NCBI RefSeq assembly: GCF_036588685.1
Contig: NC_086373.1
Coordinates: 54,808,001 to 54,872,000, forward strand
Length of the DNA stretch: 64,000 nt
Direction: 5' to 3'
DNA from: Mytilus trossulus
Taxonomy: Eukaryota
How positions within the stretch are numbered: position 1 is the stretch's first letter; each line of letters starts with the position of its first letter. The position numbers and the translations under genes were made by a program. Under the pieces are notes generated by a model. The model was not told the origin of the DNA. It saw nothing but the letters and a program-made list of their open reading frames with translations, and made no database searches. Below, one piece after another: positions 53,342 through 64,000 of the stretch.

Positions 53342-54435
53342 ATTTGTTTCACAGATGTAGAAGATATGTTCTTATATCGTAATCCCATCCCTTTTCCCGA
53401 ATGTGACCAACCGAATTAGACTTATTACCGCGTTTGTACTAATATGATTAAAATCGACAGGTGCCATGTGACATGTGGAATAGGCACATGTTACCTTTCC
53501 GGGATCATCCGAGATCACTCCCTGTATTTAGTTGTCTATGTTGTGTTTGGTGTTTTTCTATTTGACTTTTTCTGTTTTAGTCATGGCGTTGTCAGTTTCA
53601 TTTCGACTTGAGAGTTTGAATGTCCCTCTGTTATGGTTCGCGGCTCTTTTTTGTTAAAGTATTATGAATTGCATAAAACAAATCAAGGCAAAAATCATAT
53701 ATGGAAATTGTTTAATCTGCATCATTTTGTCATTTTGTTTTACGTTAAGAGAATGAAACGATTTTAAGAGAGCAATAACACAGGGGACAATGCAAATATT
53801 GAGTCAAATAGAAATAAACGACACCATGTCAAACCAACAAAACGCCAACAAAATTAGTAATCTAATGCTAGTGATAAATGTAACTGCCAGTACGCTTTAC
53901 TATTTCACGATGACCTAATGTAGTGGGAACATCAGGGAGAATCAAAGCTTCAAACAAGAGTATGAATTACCCAAATCAGTTAAGTATGATTTTGTTTCGA
54001 ATCGAAAACAAACCCACTGAGGCTGACTATATAACTGTATGCGTTGCGATCGTTGTTGAAGGCCGTACAGTGAACTCAATTCTCTTCATTAAGATGTTGG
54101 ATAATGGTATAAGCATGCATACAATATATCCTTTTATTGCATAGCAATATAATATTTCCCACAGAAAGTAATCAATAGTTAGCGTGCAATAAATTCAAAT
54201 ATTGCACTAGTACAATAAATCTTCAAATTTCATGGCGTCATCAACGACAAAATCTTAGTTTAAACCAATTTTTACTTTCAAATATTATATTGCTATACAA
54301 TAAAAGGGGTATTGCATGAATATTGGGGAATATTGTCCCTCGTAGAACATATATTGTACTCGCAAGCTCGTGCAATACAAAATTCTACTCGGGACAATAA
54401 ACTCATCATAGATACTAGGAATAAATTTTGTATAT

Positions 54436-54479
54436 GCGCTAGACGCGCGTTTCGTCTACAAAAGACTCATCAGTGACGC
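54436..54479 (-). ncRNA. Minimal type I hammerhead ribozyme with intact core, in a retrozyme-like insert (~54399-54591)
   Basis: GCGTCA-CTGATGA-GTCT-TTTGT-AGAC-GAAA-CGCGCG-TC^TAGCGC, with palindromic stem III. The insert splits the hairpin at 54304-54620. Confidence 0.85.
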
Positions 54480-54848
54480 TCGAATGCAAAAAAGTTTAAA
54501 AAAGTCAAATAAAGTACGAAGTTGAAGAGCATTGAGATTCAAATTTCCTAAAATTGTTGCCAACTACAGCTAAGGTAATCTATGCCTGAGCATATTCCCC
54601 AATATTCATGCAAAAAACCTATGATCTTATATTTAAGTTGAACTGTACTTATTTGTATAAATATTTTTACAAAATATTGAAATAACAAAGTTTAAATAAG
54701 AATTAATTTATTTAAAGATAAAGCAGAAACAACAATAAATACACTGCTTAATTTAAAAACTCTTTCGTTCGATTATTAAATAAACAATACATCCACTTTC
54801 AACATAAAATCAACATTCCACAATCCCATGTTACCTTTGTTGTTTAAA

Positions 54849-54922
54849 CTAGACGCATGGTTCGTGTGATAAGTCACGACATGTCCAAGGTTCTGGTGGA
54901 CCCGGACAAACGGTTAAGTTGG
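54849..54922 (-). CDS. PAN + F-type lectin gene, exon 4 (Cys/Pro-rich tail and stop)
   Basis: TTTCAG acceptor, phase 1, ANLTVCPGPPEPWTCRDLSHEPCV, then TAG. Confidence 0.78.
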
Positions 54923-55642
54923 CTGAAATGTAACAACCAAGATCAAAGTAATAGTTATGAGTGTTTACTATTTCTTTGAAATAATTTATCGACCATTAAA
55001 CAAGATTAAGTGTTACTTGTATTCTCATTTGAATTGTTTTAATTTGTAAGTTCGGGGTATTTTATATCTGACGTTGCGGTATAGGCTGTGCTCATTGTTG
55101 AAGGCTGTGATGGGAACTTATATTCGTTAAGTTCTGTGTCATTTTGTCTTTTGGAGAGTTGTTTATTTGATAATCTTACCAAATCTTCTTTTTATATTTA
55201 ATAAACTAAGTATATGCATCTGTCCTAAGTCAGGAACCTGATGTTCAGTGGTTGTCGTTTGTTGGTTTGGTTCATAAATATTTCTCGTTTTTTGTTTTAT
55301 TCTAGATATATTGATCTATAATGGTTAGCTTTTACAAATTGTAACTTGGATGGAGAGTTGTCTCATTGGCACTCATACAACATCTTCTTATATCTATTTA
55401 CATGAAGAAGATCGGTTTCTATGCTGTCAGTATGTCCGATATGGGGAATACCAAACATAATTTGAACGGTTTTTCAAATATTTTTTTCATTATAACCAAC
55501 GAAGGTTACATTCGAATATTAGTGTACTATTTTTACTATGAAAGAGTCTGAAGGTGTTTATGAAACTTTCAGGAGTGAACGCAAACACAAAGTATCTGCT
55601 TCAATATAAAATGTTGTCTGCAAAACTTTAAAAATATCTTAC

Positions 55643-55828
55643 CGAATACCTCCACTTCGCAGAACTGGAATGTATCATGTACTGATCGTGTTAACCTGAG
55701 ATATCGTCCAGTTATCCCATCACTGCAGCCGATTGTTATAGGTTCATTTATTTGTGACAGAAGTGGAGGTCCAGTGTAATACCCACAATACAAAGCATCT
55801 ACTGTCACATCAACGGCACTAAATCTTT
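55643..55828 (-). CDS. PAN + F-type lectin gene, exon 3
   Basis: ERFSAVDVTV...CGYYTGPP...GRYLRL...FQFCEVEVF, the F-type lectin C-terminal signature. 186 nt, phase 1-1. Confidence 0.92.
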
Positions 55829-56097
55829 CTAAAAAATATATATATTCTAAATGAGAACAGATTTCAACTGTCAAATTTGAGATTTAATGTCATTGTATAT
55901 GCCATTTCAAATTATTAACAAAGATTTAATCATAGTTTTGTCACGCTATGTAATGATTCTAGGATTCAAAAATATTTTGGCTTTGTAGATTTTAATTATC
56001 CCCCAAATTTTCTATTTCACGAAATCGCAATTTTTCATGAATCAATGAAAATTGGTATCCACGAAGATAAATTATATATGAATCCACAGTTACTCAC

Positions 56098-56361
56098 CAT
56101 AGGGACTTGAATGATATGTACGTACAGAGATATTAACGAACTTTATAGTATACTTTGCTCCTAGATCCACTTCCCACCAAGTCACAAATTCTTTATCAGT
56201 ATGCACACATGTTCCTCCGTAAAAGTCTTGGCTTTCTAATCCATCCACTGCATTACAAGGGCTCCCAAAAACACCAGAATTGTCATAAACCGAGGATTGA
56301 GTCGTTTGACGGTGGTAAGCTAAATTGCAGAGTCGGTTATTTCCACTTGTATTGAGCTTAT
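56098..56361 (-). CDS. PAN + F-type lectin gene, exon 2
   Basis: NLAYHRQTTQSS...NAVDG...CVHT...WWEVDLG...V.ISVR. 264 nt, phase 1-1. Not in the ORF track. Confidence 0.92.
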
Positions 56362-56793
56362 CTATAAGAAATAGAAAGATGAACTATATACCAATTCTTC
56401 CTATATTTATATACAATATAATTGTTGTTAATTTTTAAATGTAAGCCAAGACATAAAGCAGACTTAATTTTATAAGTGGCATCGTGTATTTACAGTCTGA
56501 TGGGGCAGATATGTTCAACAAAGTGATGATGGCATCATCTTTATATAACTGTACTTAAAGTAAAAGGGTATTGGTAGCTTCTTTTCATCCTCCAAGACGT
56601 CTGCCTAATATGAATAAAGAAACAAGAAGAATGTGCCATCTGATTCTCATAAACGTAAAATGTAAAGTTTGTGTTGAATAATCTTTTCCCAACGTAACAA
56701 ATATCTTATCAATCAAGAAATCAAGCATCTTGAAATCTGAGTCTTTAATAATAATAAAAACGATGGACTTACGGTCACGGATTTGATGAGAAT

Positions 56794-56885
56794 GTCATTA
56801 AAGTGAGAGGGTTAGCGCTATAAAACTAGGTTTAATCCACCATTTTCTACATTTGAAAATGCCTCTACCAAGTCAGGAATATGAC
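56794..56885 (+). ncRNA. Twister-like motif, type-P5, divergent family E (P4 mismatch in this copy)
   Basis: GTCAT-TAAA-GTGA-GAGGG-T-TAGCGCTA-TA-AAACTAGGTTT^AA-TCC-AC-CATTTTCTACATTTGAAAATG-CCTC-TACCAAGT-CAGG-AAT-ATGAC. Confidence 0.6.
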
Positions 56886-57281
56886 AGTTCTTGTCCATTC
56901 GTTTTGATGAGTTTTGTTATTTGATTTTGCCATATGATAATGGACTTTCCGAATTGATTTTCCTCTAAGTTCAGTATTTTTGTGATTTTACTTTTGACAT
57001 AAAGTTTATTATCTCCGTGTCACTTGTAGTCTCTGGTTAAGTGTTGTCTTATTGGCTATTATATTATTTTGCTATTTCTACATTAAAAAAGTTAAACCAT
57101 AATGAGCATGCAAATAACTTGCACTTTGAATTAACTAACCATCGAAATTTCTCACGATATAGTAAAAGAACCATTTTTTGTTGTTAAATATAAATCGGAG
57201 CTCAAGTCAAATTATGCCATTGAAATTGTTTAAAATTCTTAATAATTTATACATTCGTATGACACCTTAATTGAACACATA

Positions 57282-57721
57282 GAATCATATGCAAAACAGT
57301 GAGGCTGTGGCCATTGATTGACGTCCTAAATTATCCCATTGACTGAGACAGATTATGTGTATGTTTGTCTGAAACGACCACTGCTCACTATGTACTTGTT
57401 AAAGACATTAAACTCTCGGGTTACCAAAGGTTCTCAATACCTAAATAAAGTAATTCGAAAACTTAATCATGAATAACACGATGTTATGATTTATATCAAT
57501 AATATAAATCAAAACATAAAGGTTATTTCTGATTAATTTTTCGGATTATTTCATTATTAAAGGCGTTTAAGAACCTTTGGTGACCCTACAGTTTAAATCA
57601 TATAATAAGTAATTAGTGAGCAGTGTTGTTACAGACAAACATTCATATAATCTGTCCCAGTCATTGAATGAATTAAGGACGTCAATCAATGGCCACAGCC
57701 ACACTGTTTTGAATATGATCC
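57282..57721. mobile_element. 440-bp MITE with ~150-bp TIRs, flanked by TA
   Basis: GAATCATATGCAAAACAGTGAGGCTGTGGCCATTGATTGACGTCCT is mirrored at the right end. Confidence 0.85.
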
Positions 57722-60432
57722 TAAGTATTGCTTTGATTCTTTAACATAATACAGTTTTACATTACCTGTTAAACTATCAACCTAGCCATTAGAGTGTGGA
57801 GATAAAGAAGCACTTTAGAGCGTATATTCACAAATGCAATATGAATCAAGAAGTAGAAAATGCAATTTCTCTCATTCAATCAAAAATATAATTTCAGTTT
57901 TACACAATTAACAAATATATACATTAAATTGCTTGACTTATACTATATTTATAATATGGGCATCTGACTTCAAAGCACTTGGTTCACATGCCATTTTACA
58001 TGAAAACTACAGGGAATATGTCAACGTTAATGCATTATGAACTTTTGTCGAGGTACGCATTATGAACTTTTTTTGAGGTATGCATTATGATTCAATCATA
58101 CACGCATTATTGATTTGCAAGTAAATAATCCATGCTATACATTTGAATTGTAATGTGTATTTAGCGAAGTTCAGAAAGATCATAAAATATATGGCTTGCT
58201 TTAACATACTTGACCATTAAAAAGATTATATGAAACAGATCCCTACATCCTTTAAAATTCCGTGTACTGTTATTTGGCTTTCTGAAGCATAACCTGATGT
58301 CAAATAGAACATAGATAATAACAAGAGCAAAAGCAAATACACATGCTTTCTTTATTTTGACGATCTGCCTCGTATTTTCATATGTTCAATGAAAATGACC
58401 ACAATATAGAGAAAATATTAGAACGTATCGGCTTTTGAAAAACATAACCACCTGCGAACCATGGGCATTTCCTACGGTCAGGCCATCATAATCAAGCTGG
58501 TTTAATCCGCCTATAATACTGTAAAAAAAAACTAATATTGGGATACAAAAAAAGAGACATTACAAAACGTTTCTCTTGTGATAACAACATTATACGGAAT
58601 GATCGTTTACAAAATAAAAGAAATAGGTTCAACAAAAGAGGTGTGTGCTAATTTACCATCCTAAATTTGACAAGTAATAACACCTTACCTAGAAAATTCG
58701 AAAGAAATAATAAAACTTCTGAAACTTCAAGTATCTTCCCCGATCAATCCATATTGACTTTTACTTGGCCCAAATGCCTTAGAGGCTGGATGGTGCAGGC
58801 TAATTCACCCTCTGATCCCGGCTCTTGCAATGGTTGTGGGAATAAACAAAGTTTATAGCAAAAGGTGAATAACAATTACTCCAGTTGTACGAAAATACGA
58901 AATACATCAAATTTGGGCTTATAACTTCATATTGCTTCGAATACTGTGTATCTTCTACCCGATTTTCGACAGTGTGAATGTGATAAACAGTATGTTGGTG
59001 AGTCTAAACTGTAGTTTCTCAAAAGTATGAACGGCAGTCGTCGAGAGCACCTGTCACGTGCCGGTTGCAATATCGCAACATCAGAATTTAAAGAATAGTG
59101 ACACAATATTTCGACTACTTAGACCTCTCGGCAATCGCAGTCCCTCTGTATATTCGAGCACCCTCGATCACATTAAGGTAACATCTCCATCCACTGACTA
59201 CAACACTGATTGTTATTGGTACAAAATAATTGTCAGGGAAACATTTTGGATTAGTACATTAGCACCCCACAGATAAACAAAAAAGCGTAGTTAAAATTGC
59301 ATATTGTTATTAATTTATTTTTTTGGGGGGGGGGGGGGGGGGGCATATCTACGCAGTGACTATTGTAAGTACTTAAAATCAGCCTTTCTGTTATTGAAGA
59401 AGCTCAAATTCCATAGCGATATTCATTTTAGGTGCATAAATATGCTGTTTGTGTTTTTAATACTTGAACTGAGTCAATCCAAAACCATTGTTATTTCTAT
59501 GAAATTTCTGAACATCCAAATCCCACTCAGGAAATAATGGACGTCTGCCATAGAAACAAACTTGTGTTTTTAACAAATCCAAGGCACTCGTCAATATTAT
59601 CAGAAATTCCGGAGATTATGTTTTCCAAATGTTGTAAACAATTGCAGCGGTTCAGGGTCAATGCAAATAATTCAAATAGCATTTGTACTTTTCATTGTAA
59701 GGTAATAGTTCAACGATCAATCAGATTTCTATTGCTTCATTTGAGGCTGTCTTTTATTGGAGGATGAAAACTATACGTTGAGACACGTTAAGAAATAATA
59801 TTTTGAAACCACATAAATTGTGTATTATATATTTTAAATGAATACGTCTTTTGTTGTGATACTGAACTCAATTTATAAAACAGTGTATCGAAAGAGATAT
59901 ACAACACCTCTTGAGTCTAATGTATGATTTATTTAATTTTGAAATGATGAGGGTATCGTGTTTAAAAAGTAGGAGTTATTCTTTTGGAATTTGATTTACT
60001 TGGAAATAGAGGATCATTAAATATATTTTGATATAATGTATCGAGTTAATATCTATATCTATATTACTTACTGCAAAGCCTGAAAATTTATTGCAAATAA
60101 TGGTAACCATTGACTGACGTTCTTTATACCACCATCTTAATTAAAATTATAGTACAGTTATCAAAGTACTCAAAAGATACTTTTGTTATTTTTAAACCAG
60201 TTTCGACGACAAAAAAAAACTACAAATTAAGACAAGAGTAGTATACCGCTTTTCAAAAGTCATAAATCGATTTAGAGCAAAGATATTCGGATTACAAACT
60301 AAAACACAGGGAAACACACCAATACTAAGAGTAAAACAACGAAACAGCAGAACACTGAAGTGCAGCAAAAAACAAACGAAAATAAAAGAAAATGGTATAC
60401 CTTGAAGTAAACAGCAATTTACCTGTGCTTAC

Positions 60433-60748
60433 CTTTTTTAGAATTGGTTCTAATCACCAGTGCACCCAGAAATGCTTCCGTTACTGAATTACAGCAGGAA
60501 TCAAGGAAACAAGTGTTCTTTTCTATCTCATAGGTCGCGGAACAACATGTTCCGTGACTTGAACATAAGCTTGCACATGATATATCGGACGTGGCTTGCT
60601 TACTTCCTATTCTTGTTACACTTGTTGCTATTCGATTCCCTTGTTCCAAAATAAAAATGTTCCTATTTGACTGCGAATCAACAGAGCGTATCAAAATAAA
60701 GACAACCACATAAGCAGTTAATTTGATTAATCTAAATTGAAAATTCAT
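60433..60748 (-). CDS. PAN + F-type lectin gene, exon 1 (signal peptide + PAN/apple-like domain)
   Basis: Hydrophobic N-terminus, SCASLC...CCSATYE...CFL pattern, AAG|GTAAGC donor in phase 1. The four exons give 279 aa. Confidence 0.85.
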
Positions 60749-61767
60749 TTTTATTTATTTTTTCAAAAGTTTAATGCAGCAATTGTTGTAATGATACTGT
60801 CAACGTATTATGAATGTGTCTGTCAATGTACAGAAATGTAAGTCTGTTACTACAACATAATCTGTTTTCGCATTCATAAGCATGCGTAAAGCTTTTTAAA
60901 CTTTTGTGATTGTTTAAATCGATGTGTATACATTCCATATATTTATGATTCGGAATATTGCATTTTGAAAAGTAAAATCACAAAAATACCAGCTTACGAG
61001 GAAAATTCTAGTCTGAAAGTTCATAATCAAATGGCAAAATCTAAAGCTAAAACATATCAAACAAATGGATACCAACTGTAATACTCCTGACTTGCTACAT
61101 GCATTTTCTTATGTAGAAAATGGTGAATAAAATCTTGGGTTTACAGTTAACTATTGGAAAACTGTTCTAATCAACAAAGAAAAACATAAATAAAAATGTT
61201 TAAACATGTGTGTTCCTCTTACCAAACAGTGTATCTCTGTTTTAAATGTATATGCCATATATGAACATTAGCTTAAAAGACTGCGAAATATATATGTCAC
61301 ATGATATAATATATAGATTAAACTAAACTATTATTTAGTTAATTAAAGTTGGAAATAATCAAATTATTATATGTGTTAACGTGTATTCTTTTCTGATTTT
61401 TTCCATAATTAATACAAAAAGAATATAAAAGCCAAAAAACTTACCATGATAAGAGACATTTGATAAATATTTAACAGTTTTAATAAACAATAGTAAGTCA
61501 GTATAAAGGAACATATTGGAGGTTTTGCCTGAATGTAATGATTCCGTTATTCTTTTTTAGGAAAATCACTGTTCTATTTTCCATAAAAAAAAATTAAAAC
61601 AGCACGTTAAAAGTTATACGAGTTCAAAGCGCTGTTTTGTATCAACCTTCATCTGTTCACCAGGAACGCTCAAATCCGAATATTTGAAAGTCAAGGATGT
61701 AAACGAACCGAAACACTTAATGAGCTATATAATCTATATGACAAAAACGGTCCTAGAATATATCATA

Positions 61768-62913
61768 CTAGAACACACCCGTGATATCGCGGGTCTGTGA
61801 CATCGCGGGTCCGTGACTGAATTAAAGTATGTAACTATGCGCAAGCCTTATTTTAGTATTAGTATTGTCATCCGATTATAAGAAACACAGTTTTCTCTGC
61901 TTTCAAATCTTTCTGTTTGAACCCGTCGAACTGAAACTAATCAATTATTGGTAATATTATTTATTTGGAAAACAAAAGGTCCTGGAACGGAGTATTTTTT
62001 TATCAACAGCATTGTCCTATATTAGTTATAAATAAAGTTGAATTTGTAACGTGAACCTTTATGTGCAAGGCAAAATAGAGTCAAACAAAAATAAATAGTT
62101 GATATTTTCTATTACTAAAATCACGTAAATCAAAATATACATAAAATGATTGTCAATAATGTTATAATCCGCACATCCTCTACTAAATTCCTATATCCAT
62201 CAAACTCGTATATTCACTAAAATCCAAATAATATCCTTGCGAATAGTTATTCTTTATAGCACTAGATGTAATCCTTAACTCTACAAATGTTCACTCTCCG
62301 GCCCTCACGTAACGGTATTCCCGGCCTTTATATACCAATCCTCGTCGGATCCATGGACGGATCTCCTGACGGATCTCCCGAGGGATCTCTTGGGCTCCGA
62401 CTGGATGTTCATGAAATAAAATATGCAACAAATTCTTTGATTCGCTGTGTTAAGTCATGCGCGCTTACAAATTGAAAACTGTACCTATACGCCTTATTTT
62501 TAGTCCAGACTTTTAGTATTCGTATCGTTATCTTAGAAACTCTAACTGATAAAAATACTACAATGGGTAACAATTTGACAATTTGGTAGTGTCAACCCTG
62601 TGAATTTGACCTTTGTATATAGCATTTTAATCCTGAATACACCGTTTGGTGGTGCGCCTGTCAGATGCGGAACGTACAGATAAGGTAATAGGTAACAGGT
62701 GAATATACTATTGGTATCGGTATCGGACTCAACCCGGAACTTCTTAATTATTGGCAATATTAATTACGTGCAAAACAAAAGGGCCTGGAGTGGTGTAATT
62801 TTTAATCAATACCTTTTTACTATAATAGTTATATATAAAGTTGAATTCTTTGATTTGTCGTTTTTACGTAATTACGGCTGACAAATTGGACCTCGTTATT
62901 TTAGTATTATAGA
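61768..62913 (-). mobile_element. Non-autonomous Helitron (second copy) with a nested solo LTR
   Basis: Same TC...hairpin-CTAG ends and body as 36743-37588. Confidence 0.85.
62045..62430. mobile_element. Solo LTR (Gypsy-like)
   Basis: 386 bp, TGTAAC...GCAACA termini, 4-bp TSD AATT. The empty site AAGTTGAATTCTTTG is present in the other Helitron copy. Confidence 0.8.
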
Positions 62914-63698
62914 TGTCAACAGATGGTTATTATAATTCAGTCATTTCCTATCGGTCATTTGCCAAATGGAATTTTATATTTTTATGCATTAGAAAAAAAA
63001 CCTGTTCTGTACATATAATTATATAAAAGTTGGGGAAATTGTCGTTCGAAGAAATTAAACCCAGCGTAAAAAAGTTGTATGACGCATGTAATTTCCATAT
63101 TCATCTCATCTTATAAATTTAAGGAAAAAAAACTTAATCATGACGAAAGACTGAAACATGTTAAACAATCTTTCTCTATTTTATACTTTCAAGAAATCAT
63201 TCGACTGATCTATTTATCTAATATAGCTATTTTTGTCATAATCTGTATACATGTATAAAATGCAACATACACCATGTCATTAAAAGATCAATTTACTGGA
63301 TTGATTCAATTGATAAAGGCATCATTCAATTTAATTAAAGGGGTTCAATCCTTGATAGCGGGTTAATATTTAAATGTGTTCATTTTAGGTATAGTTATCT
63401 AGTGCAATAATGATAAAAAGACGAGGTTAAAAATAAAAATCAAGCATTTGATATGTAGAGAGTTGATTATCAAAGCGTTATTTTACAACTGTACCATGGC
63501 AATCATTTTTATATGGTTAATAGCTGTTTGCTGAGAATTATTTCACAAACAACAGTAGTACACTAACGAGATGAGCTGAAAGAAACTTGACATTTCATAT
63601 CCCAGTTCCTATCTCAACTTTCTTTTTAATCCAGATCAGTCTTGAAAATTACAGGCAACACTACGGAAGCCGATAAGGGCCGTTCAAAAAAAATATTT

Positions 63699-63895
63699 TA
63701 TGTCGTTGTTACGACATAGCATGTGGTAATTTCGACATAACATGTCGTTATTACGACATCATTATGTCGTAATTTCGACATAACATGTCGTTATAACGAC
63801 ATCGCTATGTCGTAATTTCGACATATCATGTCGTAATAACGACATCACTATGTCGTTTTAACGACATAGCTATGTCGTAATAACGACATCGCTAT
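63699..63895. repeat. Tandem array of 9 palindromic 21-22-bp units (ATGTCGT...ACGACAT)
   Basis: Units read directly. Probably the internal repeat of a MITE. Confidence 0.85.
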
Positions 63896-64000
63896 ATTTA
63901 AAAGAATATGTTTAATGATTGGCAAGAGACTAAATGACAAAGAAATTATCAATTATACGTCATCATAATGTCCCCGATAATTATAAAAGCCACCGCATGG

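Larger units (their letters stand above)
52077..53650 (+). mobile_element. Degenerate Naiad-like PLE (family D), head-to-head with 51580-52070, carrying two nested insertions
   Basis: Decayed RT blocks (LIDN.FV, YPIELEI, LYEKR..FSFPIVNF, GRHH), then the family D tail. Inserts at about 52590-52890 and 52931-53341. Confidence 0.72.

Noticed and set aside
1832-62881. Most remaining 60-140 aa ORF-track entries
   Set aside because: F/I/L/K-rich translations of AT-rich intronic or repeat DNA, often with non-ATG starts and no domain motifs.

Overview
AT-rich, intron-containing animal DNA. The repeat families and genes look bivalve, most likely Mytilus (recognised, not database-checked). From left to right: (1) the end of a Polinton/Maverick element (1-2103), with a partial minor-capsid-like ORF, an intact DDE integrase plus chromodomain, a 118-aa ORF, and a terminal region with (GGGTTA)7 ending in the AGTAGT terminus; (2) four 5' coding exons of a minus-strand CNBD2-like gene, with the Polinton probably in its next intron; (3) a plus-strand S1 serine protease with an 82-residue, furin-site-rich loop inside the catalytic domain; (4) a complete minus-strand secreted PAN + F-type lectin gene. 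The rest is dense with repeats: Naiad-like Penelope retroelement 3' ends, hammerhead retrozyme fragments, Helitrons, a solo LTR, a SINE and MITEs. Main finding: the 3' regions of four divergent repeat families, one directly attached to a Naiad-like RT, each carry a circularly permuted (type-P5) twister ribozyme. Its stems and pseudoknot covary, and stem P1 is replaced by two covarying palindromes, which suggests cleavage as a dimer. Three of the four families also have a second, unassigned covarying RNA structure downstream.
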